From positions 36,704,001 through 36,768,000 of the forward strand of contig OX597824.1 in assembly GCA_951406725.2 (NCBI GenBank): DNA of 64,000 bases, in the 5' to 3' direction. A program made the position numbers and the translations under genes. Source of the stretch: Octopus vulgaris. Lineage: Eukaryota. Positions 1-12,904 of the stretch are shown in pieces. The first letter of the stretch is position 1. Each line of letters starts with the position of its first letter. The notes beneath the pieces were generated by a model. It did no database searches and was not told the DNA's origin. It was given only the letters and a program-made list of their open reading frames with translations.

Positions 1-239
1 TGACCTTTCATGATAAATGATAGATAAATTGTCCCTGAAATGCAGGCAACAACAAAGGGGAAAGCAAATTTAGCAGAGACTTACAGCATGGATCCATCAT
101 AAAACAAAACAACCACCCAGAACCATCATGTTGTTACAGACTCTTGTAATTAGAAATAACTGGATTGACCATTCCTTGGCAGGGAGTGAACTGAATATTT
201 AATGATTAGATACTATTCCTGTTCTCATATATTGCGAAT

Positions 240-281
<42 letters not shown>

Positions 282-430
282 CACCACCGCCACCACCACC
301 ACCACCACTACTACTACTACTACTATTACTACTGTTGCTGCTGCTGCTGTTGCTGCTGCTGTTGCTGCTGCTGCTGCTACCACTGCTGCCACCATCACAG
401 CAAAAGGCAAATGGTGGTGGTGGTGGTAGC
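240..430. repeat. Compound trinucleotide microsatellite (ACT)n(ACC)n(GCT)n
   Basis: Direct reading. Confidence 0.95.
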
Positions 431-659
431 ATGATGTTGAAGAATGCAAGCTAAATTCAAAATTGCTCAAGTTGATTTGTTTTTTTTTCTCAAAATCTCA
501 AGAATTCTTAAAGCCTGTTTTCAGCAATAATTTCTATAGCATCAAGTGGAAATATATTTCTTCTTTCTGCAAATCACTTCTGTTCTTTCTTGGAGAGGCC
601 CACAATGTCTTGGATCCTATACAAATCTGGCCTTACACAGGAAAATTTCATCTGCAATA

Positions 660-1110
660 AAACTTACAAATGAAGATCTCTAAACCTTGATATAAGAGAT
701 ATAAGATGTTCCCTATTGATATAAGAGCTATAAGATGTTCCCTATAGATTTTCTGATTACTTCTCCATAAATATTCTTCTTTCCTCAATTTTAGATGAAA
801 TATTTACATCTCCCAGGCAGCAGATCTCAACAACAATGCATGATTTTTATTTCCCACAGAATGGTATTAGGCTTCTTGTGTTTGCATTGGATTGGCATTT
901 TTATTAGAACATTTCCATCAATAACCTTTATTCATCAAATATGACATTATTCTCCATCACTCAAAGTTAAATAAAGTAAGTCTTGGCAATAAATTCGGTT
1001 AATTTAATAATTTAATTAATGGCACCTTTTTTTTTCACTAAATTATTGTGGCATTGAGCCAATATGAGAAATTGTTCTTCTTGTGCAATTCTGGTTTGGC
1101 CTGACTGAAT
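660..1110 (-). mobile_element. Degenerate RLE-type (R4/Dong-like) non-LTR retrotransposon, endonuclease region
   Basis: With frameshifts, the minus strand reads Y*WNVLIKMPIQCKHKKPN...VVEICCLGDVNISSKIEE, resembling the HNKPD...E..CP.D RLE motif. Confidence 0.6.
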
Positions 1111-1189
1111 AAGCCGAAACCTTTCACCAAAGGTGGTTAAGCTCATAAGGTACTTCACTACGAATGTACAGCTATAAAATAGAAGGTAT

Positions 1190-1590
1190 CTCTTTTACTT
1201 GTTTCAGTCATTTGACTGTGGCCATGCTGGAGCACCACCTTTAGTCGAGAAAATCGCCCCCAGGACTTATCCTTTGGAAACCTAGTACGTATTGTATCGG
1301 TCTCTTTTGCCAAACCACTAAGTTATGGGGACGTAAACACAACAGCATCGGTTGTCAAGCGATGTTGCGGGACAAACACAGACACACAAACATATACACA
1401 CACATACATATAAATATACATATATACGACAGGCTTCTTTCAGTTTCTGTCTACCAAATCCACTCACAAGGCTTTGGTCGACCCGAGGCTATAGTAGAAG
1501 ACACTTGCCCAAGGTGCCACACAGTGGGACTGAACCCAGAACTATGTGGTTGGTAAGCAAGCTACTTACCACACAGCCACTCCTGCACCT
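1190..1590 (-). mobile_element. tRNA-derived SINE family A (about 400 bp, internal TA/TG microsatellite)
   Basis: Reverse complement of the family A consensus. Pol III A box TGGCTGTGTGG, B box GGTTCAGTCCC, 3' end GAAACAAGTAAAAGA. More than 10 copies in the window. Confidence 0.9.
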
Positions 1591-2014
1591 ATGTTGATGT
1601 TATAGTTTTGATCAAATCTCAACATCTGTGCAGCATCTTAGATGCAGGTATTTCCATCTTCACTGGAGGACATAATGGTTTAGGTGTTGAAATATATAGT
1701 CATTCTCCTTTTATTAAAGAGTAGAGTGGGGAACTTTCGGTTTTTGGAGCTGTGACCTCGGCTACAGCTAGCTTTGAAGAATATTTATCGGATGCAAGTA
1801 TTAGTTTTAGTTGACAGAGGAAACAGGGTAGAGATTTTAGGGACACATCAGTGGCGACATTTACCTGCTAACAGTGATCAGCTGAACTGATTTGCTTTGG
1901 TTTTAAGTGGTGGTGGGTGAATAGACTAAAGGGTGACAGCAGGATATAAAGAGCTGCAATGTCTACCATAGAATACATAAGATTTGATTATGTGATTGAG
2001 AGAGAGGATAATGT

Positions 2015-2036
2015 GTAGTAGTAGTAGTAGTAGTAA

Positions 2037-2099
<63 letters not shown>

Positions 2100-2166
2100 G
2101 AGCAGCAGTAGTGGTGGTGGTGGTGGCTGTGACAGTAGTGGCAGCAGCAGCAGCAGCAGCAGTAGC

Positions 2167-2198
<32 letters not shown>

Positions 2199-2233
2199 CA
2201 GTAGTGGTGGTGGTGGTGGCTGTGACAGTAGTG

Positions 2234-2324
<91 letters not shown>

Positions 2325-2421
2325 GTACAGCAGCAGCAGCAATAATAATGCAAGTGGTGGGTTATTGGGTTATATGTGAGAGGTGCTGCCTCAAATTTCA
2401 GCTCCAGCAAACAGCAGCAGC

Positions 2422-2505
<84 letters not shown>

Positions 2506-2545
2506 TAATAATAATAATGATAATAATAATAATAATAAATAATAA
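2015..2545. repeat. Compound trinucleotide microsatellite (AGT)n(GGT)n(AGC)n ... (AAT)n with an internal about 93-bp higher-order duplication
   Basis: GGTGGTGGTGGCTGTGACAGTAGTGGCAGCAGC occurs twice. Confidence 0.95.
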
Positions 2546-3004
2546 AAATAATAACTCCAGCCAATCAACAGGTTGAGAAATATGGTAAGCAGAGAAGAGA
2601 GCAGCAACCTAGAAATGACATGTATAGGTTTACTCTCACACAATTCCTGATTAATGAGCTTCTCAGATTTATCATCACTATCTCCCCCACAGCAACAAGA
2701 CTTCCTTCATGAAATTAATATATTTTCACTACTTATGTTGTTCTCTTTTTTAAGCATTTTGCATTTTTATTTTTTTTTATGTATTTTCTTATACCTTATG
2801 GGCTTGGTTAAGGACACAGTGCACATAAATGTGTGAATATTTGGTTAAGAAAATATCACATTGATATATCAGAATATTTGCCATCACTTCAGGAAGTTTG
2901 ATGGGATTCAGTACAATCTATTTTGAGTATGTCCGTATGTGTGTATTTGTTGAAGTGAGTGGAAGGAAATAGTTGCATATATAGGGAGATTATACATATA
3001 TATA

Positions 3005-3036
<32 letters not shown>

Positions 3037-3057
3037 CACACATATATACATACATAG

Positions 3058-3114
<57 letters not shown>

Positions 3115-3212
3115 CATACTTTTAAAAATAGGATAAAATCTTTCAAGTAGTTAGTGTGAAAAACCTCATAAGAGGAAAAATCCACCAATTTTTTCACTTA
3201 AATATATTTATT

Positions 3213-3262
3213 TATATTATATAGAGGGCATTACTGTGGCATTTATGTATAGTAATGCCCTC

Positions 3263-3273
<11 letters not shown>
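3213..3273. repeat. Fold-back unit (23-bp arms, 15-nt loop) with family tail at 3128-3185 (minus)
   Basis: TATATTATATAGAGGGCATTACT / AGTAATGCCCTCTATATAATATA, next to (TA)n. Confidence 0.85.
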
Positions 3274-3324
<51 letters not shown>

Positions 3325-4581
3325 CATGAGGGATATTAACTAGTTTGAAGAAGTTCTTAAACGGATGTACACAAATAAACATGTTTGTAGATGTTCAGAG
3401 AAACACGTACATAGATTAATGCACACTATATATGTGCCAATAAATACACTACCTAACACACATGCACACCCATAAACACACACACACACACACAAACACA
3501 CACAAGCACACACCCATAAACGTGGCTATGTATATTAATTCGTGTACATATATAAATAAGAAGAATAAAAGTGGTAAAACACATCAATTGCAGAAAAGAA
3601 AATTAATAAAATAACGAATTAGGCACTTCCAGTGCGATCGATTTCTATCTTCCAAATATGGGCATCAACCCACCTCCAGCATGGGCCAATCATAACTGGG
3701 AAGAATGAAAAGACAATAGCCTCTTCAGTGTTTGTTTGTTTTTCTATATAAACATTACAGCAAAATTTGATCAAAACTGCTGAAAGCCACCCACACAATA
3801 ACCTCTGTGCAAAGCCATGGCATTGTACCCAAATAAAGAACTACAAAGGGTAGAAATGTCCTTTCTTCCATCCAAACTGTGTCAGAATTCATACTGAGAA
3901 CAATAAAATATACCATTTTGCTTAAAGAGATTTGAACCAAACCAAACTTCAAATTCATGGTGAAATCTAAAGCTCCAATTCATTCCATCTCTGTGGAATG
4001 GCCATTGACAAAAAACACCAAACAAAACAACGGTTGTTTGACAAAGTTTCTTCAGTGAATAAAACAAACAATGACAGCATAACAACTCCATAATTGTGCA
4101 GTCTTTGAGAAAATTCTTTTTTGCTGACATATCTTGAAAACCATGAAAGCAAAACTCTAATCCTTCAAATCCAATGATCTATTAATTACTACCACTTTCA
4201 CCTCCAGTATTATCACCACCACCACCACCACAACAACCATCCATCACCACCACAACAACCACCACCATCATCACCACTGCCAACATATCACATGTAGAGT
4301 AGGCTCTGTTCAATAATCACCTACATGTAACCAGTCATTGCAGACAAATCACTAAAATTTCCAAACTGAAGAAGAAAATGACACCTATTTACATTAGCCA
4401 ACTTCACAAGGATCTAAATATTAAGAAAGAAACAGTTTGAAATCTAATCTTTGAAATTATATTTCCTGGAATGAGGAAGGGAGTTCTGTGCACTTATCTA
4501 TATCTGCAAAGACTTGGAGCAACCAGTGCCAAACTTTGGAATTGAAAAGAAGACAATTCCTAAATTGAATGTAAATATCTA

Positions 4582-4880
4582 TTTCTTTACTACCCACAAG
4601 GGGCTAAACACAGAGGGGACAAACAAGGACAGACAAACGGATTAAGTCGATTATATCGACCCCAGTGTGTAACTTGTACTTATTTAATCGACCACGAAAG
4701 GATGAAAGGTAAAGTCGACCTCAGCGGAATTTGGATGAAAGGTAAAGTCGATGAATTTGGATGAAAGGTAAAGTCGATGAAAGGTAAAAGGATGAAAGGT
4801 AAAGTCGAACTCAGAACGTAACGGCAGACGAAATACAGCTACGCATTTCGCCCGGCATGCTAATGTTTCTGCCAGCTCAC
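4582..4880 (-). mobile_element. tRNA-derived SINE family B (Nin-domain-like core GCCTTTCATCCTTTCGGGGTCGATAAA) with internal stutter
   Basis: Matches copies at 22385, 47905 and 54330. B box GAGTTC(A/G)A. Confidence 0.85.
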
Positions 4881-5295
4881 AGAATGTAAATATTGTAAAT
4901 ATTGAATGTAAAATATCTTAGTTCCAAAATTTCTATCTCCTTCACCTTGAAAAAAGACAAAAAGTATCAAAATTCATGCATTTCAAGGAACCACAGTTCA
5001 TGAAAATGCAGAGCCAATGTCAACAGTTTCAAAATGGTTTTTGTTCTGAACAATCTCTAGTGAGCTGACATTACAGCACGAGATACAGATGAAGGAAGTG
5101 AGCTAACTCATTTTCTAGATGCTAGACAGGTATGATAACAACTACATGAGCTGAAAGCAGTCGATTAATAAAAGAATATATGTAAAAAAATAAAGTTAAT
5201 CCAAACATGAAAACACAAAGAGAAAACACAACAACGCGAGGACGTGGAACAAATATAGTATTATTGGATGCTCAGGAAGGAAGGGAAGAAGGAGG

Positions 5296-5330
5296 GTTTA
5301 ACGTTTCGAGCGGAGCTTTTCATCAGAAAC
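5296..5330 (-). ncRNA. Minimal type I hammerhead ribozyme in an about 210-bp repeat (5194-5404)
   Basis: Minus strand GTTT-CTGATGA-AAAGCTCCGCTC-GAAACGTT-AAAC. Stem I GTTT/AAAC, palindromic AACGTT. Confidence 0.7.
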
Positions 5331-6257
5331 ACGGGAAAAGGAAAGATCCAGAGAAGGGAAGACGGAGGAAAAAAAATCGCCAACGGTGTACACGCGGTCA
5401 CATCAATTAAGATGAATTCAAAAAAATATGTTGTCTTCAAATTTGCCATATAGAAACGGATGAGATACAACTGATGAAAAAAAACAAAGATGAAAAATTG
5501 CACTTAAAAGAACGAAATTTAGATTTGGCTTTCATATTTAAAATAAGTGCAAATATAATACAAATATAATCAAGTTTGTTTACAGTTACAGATGACTGTG
5601 AATATTTCAAATGAAAAGATAAGGTAAAGGGAAGAGAAATCAATATAAAGTTGTGAAGCTATTGAATGAGATTAACATCATCAAGAATGAGTCAGCTAAC
5701 CTTGTTTCATGTTGTCACTAGCCCCTAGATATATTGATCATATTGATTGGGTGACAATCTAGTTAAACTATAGCAGAGGCAAACAACCCTACTAGTTAAA
5801 TGGGTACAATGAACTAATAATATTGAAATAGTATGAAACTAACTTCAGTATTACGAGATGGACATATCTCTAGAGCAAATCAATTTCTCTGCGTAGCCTT
5901 CTTTGTGTCTGTTTCTCTATAATCACTCTGTTGTTTCTCACATAAATGTGTGTATGCATGAATGTATGCATGTGTGTGTGAGTGTATGTGTGCATGCATG
6001 CACGTGCACGTGTGTCTATCTTTCAGAACATCTTTTATGTTATAAACATATGGACTGCTCTTTGCATAAGGCAGATGCATGATAATGTAATCCAATATAT
6101 AAAGCAAAAATATGCTAAAAATATAAAATACTAAAAGAATGTATTAATATTAAGCATGTGTGCATAAAGCATGCATATATACATATATCTTTGAAAAACG
6201 GTTTTCTTAACATAAAAATGATTTTATAATTTTTTTTTTTTTTAATCTCTCTAAAAA

Positions 6258-6424
6258 AATAGAAAAGCAGATTAACACAGACCTGATGGAAGGAAGATTT
6301 TGTGTAGGTGCTTTCACTATTTTTGGCTTTTCAAATACACTTGGTTTGAAAAGCTAAAAACACTGAAAGTGCTTTCACAAAGCACTTTTCCTTCCATCAT
6401 ATTTCTGTCAGTCTGCCTTCTTTT
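6258..6424. repeat. Degenerate fold-back unit (about 78-bp arms)
   Basis: AGAAAAGCAGA..TGATGGAAGGAA..GCTTTTCAAA / TTTGAAAAGC..TTCCTTCCATCA..TCTGCCTTCT. Confidence 0.8.
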
Positions 6425-6789
6425 AAAAAACACTTTTAAATATAATTAATAATTTTAAAGTTGAATATATTGGCATGCTTATAACTGTGAGCTTAAAAAG
6501 TTCTGTCTACCATAGCAACTTTGGCAAGAGTTTTCTATTTTGCTCCTGGCTATCAATCTGACTTATGCCTAGTGAATGAACAAGGTATATGGAATCTGTG
6601 TGGATGGATGCCTTTCATAAATCACAAAAAAGAATTGAACAGATCATAGAATCATCTTTTTCTAAGTTACAAGATGGTGAAATAACTAATTGTAAGCAAG
6701 ACCTGTTGGTCCATCTGTGCATCTATAAACGTCTGTCCTTGTCCGTATTACTTTATTGTCAGAATTTCATGTAACTGTACTACAAGATG

Positions 6790-7500
6790 CCACTTAGATA
6801 AGTGCTGTCTGCAGGAGATAAGACAGAGGGGAGCCTTGGTCAAACTTTTCACGGGCAAACAACAGCAGTACAAATTCTTTTAGGAAGGAAACAATGTTGT
6901 TTACTTTGTAAAAGCAGGGTTTCAGATGACTGAAAAAATGGATCTTCATCTTAATAACAAATAACACTGATACTATCTTGACAACTGGCGACTCCAATGG
7001 ATGTGTCAGCCAGTATCATGAGGGTTATTCAGAAATACATGTGGTTATGGTCGTAGTTTCTGAAATGCAGTGCATCAAGGCTTCAAGAATGTTTTGATAC
7101 AAATGAACTGACCATTTCAGGAAACCACCAAACCACTTGATCACATTCTAGCCTGGTGGACATAAAAACCAAATAGATTTCAATCTAATCTAATCTGAAA
7201 ACAGAAAAGACTTATGGTTATAAATGCTAATTCTTCTTTCAGGTGAAGAATGTTCCACCCAACATAGGTAACTGATAAATGACATCTGAATAAGAGTTAG
7301 ACAAACTGAGAGGTACAATATGGTCTGGAGAAGGAAGGAGTAGAAACTGTCCTCTTGTGCTAAATATATGGCCCAAGTAATTCTAGACGACGGTTGTGAT
7401 GAAAAGGAGGAAGCAGAAGCCTACAACATAGAGGACAGGTGACAGTTCCTATCAGGTAACCTCCTAAATGCTAAAGCAGATTTGCAATTGGAGCAAGGTA
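6790..7500 (+). mobile_element. Degenerate LINE endonuclease fragment (RTE-like)
   Basis: TDTILTTGDSNG, compare the APE 'GDFNG' motif; decayed. Confidence 0.4.
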
Positions 7501-7914
7501 CTAGCTTCATAAAAAGTACATTGTACTAAGTATGATATCACTGTTTAATGTAAAGCTGCTTCTATTGCATATAAGATTTTTAATCAGCAAGGTAGCTACT
7601 CACAATACTAGTGAATGTTTTTCATAATTTTCCTACATATGGGAAGTAATACATCTCATCTAAGTATGAGGTTAGATGTGAGCACACACCAATGACAAGG
7701 CTCAAAAAGGGCCAAACTGCATCTGACATTCTTTCTAGCCATAGCTGGCATGATTTTCATCTCCCTTTGATATAAATGCATGTTTTTAAACACAGCATGT
7801 CCATATAAGGTCTTTGGATAAATATCACAGACAAATTTGTCTTTCAACAATGTATTTACATTAAGTATGATACATAGATGGCTGTTTTGATTTAATACTG
7901 CTTCTTTTGCATAT

Positions 7915-7957
<43 letters not shown>

Positions 7958-7962
<5 letters not shown>

Positions 7963-8338
7963 TTATAAACAAGAGCAAGAGAAAAAAGATTTCTATACCA
8001 ATATGCTGAGAACAGACTGTAAATCATCAATCACCACATTACAATATACATTCACCATAAATACACATCATGCTGAAATCGAGGAAGGCAAGCTAACAGA
8101 ATTTTTTTTTAAATTCGTTAACTCTATATTGAATCAATTTCAGGATTAATCCCACGGGTTTTTCTGTCTTCAGTAGAGAATACGATAAGAAATAAATGAA
8201 ATACTTACAAGAACCCATGGAAAAAATCTTTTTTTCTTTTGCCCTTGTTTATAAATTGTTTATAATTTTCACCTTTAAAGGTATTTTAATATGCTGCCAC
8301 TTCGATGAAATCTTTTTTGGAAAAAGTTTTATCCTATA
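7958..8338 (+). repeat. Fold-back unit (about 36-bp arms) with family tail
   Basis: ACAATTTATAAACAAGAGCAAGAGAAAAAAGATTT mirrored at 8223-8259. Tail ends TTTTATCCTATA; flanked by (TA)n. Confidence 0.8.
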
Positions 8339-9149
8339 TTAGAAGTATGTATGTATATATATATATATATATATATATCATATATCATATGTATATATAT
8401 ATATCATGTACACAGTATAAGGATATGAGTAACTAATGGTTTCTTGCTTTGGAGACATGGGTCTAGACAGAAAATAAACACCAGTAGAAATATTTAGTTC
8501 TGACATACATCTCGCAATTGTCTTTATTTAGAATTCAGTATTGGCTATTCCAAGAGCAATAGGAAGCCTAACCACAATGGCTCATTGGTCAGGAACATTT
8601 TATTGCATTCTGTTCCAGAGGTGTAATATCTGAACTCAGAAGTCAAGGAACAAAATATTTATACTGATGTTTATCTTAATTTTCCATTACATATCCTCTG
8701 TGTATCATAACTGGTAACACTCCTTTTTAGCTCCAATCAATGAATATATCCCTGCTACACCATCATATTTGTAGTGTTATATCCATCAGTCTAACCTAAC
8801 TTTATTTACCCCATGGCTGCACAAATGCTTAAATACTAATGACCCTCCTACACCTCACCTTGTATAATTCCAATAACCTTCCCACTCTTTGCTTTTCTTT
8901 TGTGCCTCCTTTATTGGTTTATAAAATCTTCACCCTTATAAGAGTCTGTTCAGTGAATTATTTCCCTTTCATCACTCTTTCTCTTTTCCAAACCCTGTGT
9001 GTTCATTTAAGTATCATTTAACTCATAAGGAGTTGCTAACTCACCATGTTGAAATTAGCAGCTTGCAAAATGGCAAAATACATTTAATATTCCAACCAGG
9101 AAACCATGAAAAGATGAATTCTACAGCTTGAGTAATTTATAATTATGTA

Positions 9150-9181
<32 letters not shown>

Positions 9182-9184
<3 letters not shown>

Positions 9185-10216
9185 TATAAAGTGTAAAGTA
9201 AGAGCAGGAAAAATTACATCAAAAAATCATCACAGAAGATAGGCATAGGAGTGGCTGTGTGGTAAGTTGCTTGCTTACGAGCCACATGGTTCCGGGTTCA
9301 GTCCCACTGCGTGTCACCTTGGGCAAGTGCCTTCTACTATAGCCTCGGGCCAACCAAAGCCTTGTGAGTGGATTTGGTAGACAGAAACTGAAAGAAGCCC
9401 GTCGTATATATGTATATATATGTGTATGTGTGTGTATATGTTTGCGTGTCTGTGTTTGTCCCCCCAACATCGCTTGACAACTGATGCTGGTGTGTGTTTA
9501 TGTCCCCGTAACTTAGCGGTTCGGTAAAAGGAGCCCGATAGAATAAGTACTAGGCTTACAATGAATAAGTCCTGGGGTCGATTTGTTCGACTAAAGGCGG
9601 TGCTCCAGCATGGCCGCAGTCAAATGACTGAAACAAGTAAAAGAGTATCCAAAATAATATTGTATTAATAGATAGGTATATAAATATATAAAGTGTGATT
9701 ATTTAAAAAGTTTAAAATATCTTACGATCGTTTCATGAGTGTATTACCCATCGAAATGAAATCTAAAATTGATAATCATTATTAGGAAATACATCCACTT
9801 GTCAGAGAAATAAAGTGAATTTCCATATAGTCAATCAGATGCTATTTAAAAATATATGAAAAAGATGATGTTTAAAAAAGTTACTAGCATAGATGTGTGT
9901 TGGTACAAACTTGGTCTAAAAATTTCGAAGAAATAATATACATCCGTGGTAAAATGCTCTGCAGCAATCCATAATGATTCTCAATATTAGTTTTCATTTT
10001 GATGGGTAATACACTCATGAAATAATCGTAAGATATTTTAAACATTTTAAATAACCATACTTTATATATTTATATATTTAATACAATATTATTTTGGACG
10101 TATATCTTCTGTGATGATTTTTTATGTAATTTTTCCTTGTCTTACTTTATACTTTATAATATATAATCACTCTTATTAAATATCTGAATACCTTTAAGGC
10201 TTTAGACATTTCCCTA
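9182..10216 (+). repeat. Large fold-back unit (about 190-bp arms), left arm split by a SINE
   Basis: 9182-9241 plus 9647-9781 is the reverse complement of 9972-10161. Tail ends CATTTCCCTA. Confidence 0.88.
9242..9646 (+). mobile_element. SINE family A, full length, inserted in the left arm of a fold-back element
   Basis: GGCATAGGAGTGGCTGTGTGGTAAG...GAAACAAGTAAAAGAG. Confidence 0.9.
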
Positions 10217-10291
10217 CCAAGAGCACTTATTTGAAATTCAGAATACTGTATTCCCATTGAATATATCTGATTAATTATATACATTAGAGAT

Positions 10292-10634
10292 ATAGGGTAA
10301 AGAATTATTAATTTAATAATTAATAAATTTTACCAAGTAGTTTAGGTATGGAAAAAAACCATTATCAGTAAAAATTTGTACAAAAAGTTTTTTTTTTATA
10401 TAATTATAATATAATTAAGGGTTTAGCAACAAGTTGCTTTACCACATACCGAAAATTTAGAAATAGCAGCTAAAAGACAGCTAATTCTTTTCACTACAAA
10501 TATGACTCCACAGACAACAATATTTGTAACTCACAGAGGGAAAAAGAAGAAAAAATAACGAAATCAAACAAACTGTTTGATTTCGTTATTTTTTTCTTCT
10601 AAACCCTTAATTATATTTATGATTAATTATATAT
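10292..10634 (-). repeat. Fold-back unit with nested hairpin and family tail
   Basis: ATATAATTAAGGGTTTAG / CTAAACCCTTAATTATAT; inner hairpin AGAAGAAAAAATAACGAAATCAAACA / TGTTTGATTTCGTTATTTTTTTCTTCT. Confidence 0.8.
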
Positions 10635-10720
10635 GTGCCTGTGAGTGTGTGTAAATATATATATGTATATGTATGTATATACATATATATATATGTATAT
10701 ATATATATATATCTATATAT

Positions 10721-11046
10721 ATATATTACTCAAAGAAATTCCAACTTTACAATCTTATAATAATATAACATAAGATAATATAATATGATGAAATGATAGA
10801 ATATCAAAAATCCATTCTGATTGAACTAAAACTTTCATGCATTAAACATAATTGTAAAACATAACTGTCACTATTACTAAATGAACCTGAAGATTACATA
10901 GTTTAATGCATGAAAGTACTAGTTCAATCAGATTGGACATTTAATATTCTATCATTTCATTATATTATATTATCTTATATTATATTATTATAAGATTGTA
11001 AATAAAGTGTGAAAATCAGACAATAGAATTTCTTTGAGTAATATAT
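10721..11046 (+). repeat. Fold-back unit (about 135-bp arms) containing the hammerhead at 10882-10926
   Basis: ATATATTACTCAAAGAAATT...TTTCATGCATTAAAC mirrored by GTTTAATGCATGAAA...AATTTCTTTGAGTAATATAT. Confidence 0.9.
10882..10926 (+). ncRNA. Minimal type I hammerhead ribozyme (Penelope-type)
   Basis: TGAAC-CTGAAGA-TTACATAGTTTAATGCAT-GAAA-GTAC-TA-GTTCA. Stem I TGAAC/GTTCA, intact CUGANGA and GAAA boxes, palindromic AGTACT stem III, UA cleavage site. Confidence 0.7.
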
Positions 11047-11074
11047 TCTTCAGGACACAATCATACACACCCAT

Positions 11075-11673
<599 letters not shown>

Positions 11674-12164
11674 GGCTTTGGGTGAAAATTGTGTGCACAT
11701 TTTGCTACATCAGAGGTTGGCGACCAGACCAGTGGTCGGATCGAGCTGAAAATTGACACAGGCATATAAGGCATGATGAGGCAGAGGGTTGGGTAGGTTA
11801 AAACTCACCATCTGGAAAGATGCGGTTGCTATGGTGAGAAGAGTGATTTTTTATTGATTCAAGGTGGCTCTAAACCCCTCCAATTTGGTACGATTGGCAT
11901 CTAATGCCCAACAGCATGCACTTTGGGCTGTTGTGCTTTATAATCATGCATTTTGTCTTCCAAATGATGGACCAATATTGTCCTCATAGTACCTTCTGTG
12001 TGGCTTTTCAAAGACTGTGTGAACTATATGTTCTCATTCCTTCCATTCCATGAATGCCAAACACCTATACAATAAAACTTCATACCATTTGTGACCTACT
12101 TCTCATCATCTTTAAAAATGTGGCAACCCAAGGAGACCCGAGTGAAATCGGGTAGTAGCAGCTA

Positions 12165-12201
<37 letters not shown>

Positions 12202-12904
12202 CACACATTGTGTGTGGATATCATCAACATCTAATATCCACTATTCCATGTTTGCCAAGGTTAACATTACTCATCTGGTTCCAAGCAAGGTAGAATTTGT
12301 CCCCAGCCAGACACACTTCTCAGGGAAGATTACGACATACATTTGCTTGAATGATGATGATATACACTCACAAGTATCACATGATGTGAGAGCAAGAAAT
12401 GATAAGAATACACACAGATGTGTGAGTGTGTGTGTGTGTCTGTGCACATACATAATGCAATCTTTCAGTTTCTGCCTACCGACTGCAAGACCTTGGTTGG
12501 TCCAGGGCTACTGAAGAAGACACTTCCCCAAAATGGCATGCAAAGAGTTTGAACCCAAACTCACATTTGTGAAAGCAAGGTTCTTAACCATATATTTTTA
12601 CATTGAGTATATATATATATATATATATATATAATACATAATGCTAAGGTCCATAGATCAAGGTGTAGAAAGTTAGTAAGCTTCAAGCAATCTGTAGAAG
12701 GTATAAAAAAACACTTTCAGGAACAACAGTGGTTTATTGACGTAGAAAGTTGTAAAATTTTTCCATATCAAAATTTAATAAGCAGAAAAAAGTTATTTTA
12801 TAGTTCATGGTTAACAACTGGAGCTGCAAATATATGTCCAAATTTATGTAGTCTGGATTTTACCTACTCCATTCACTAAATTTGGGTTTATATATATCGT
12901 CATT

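Noticed and set aside
199-2643. ORFs with poly-S/T/L/Y/V/I runs
   Set aside because: Translations of trinucleotide microsatellites; no splice or domain support.
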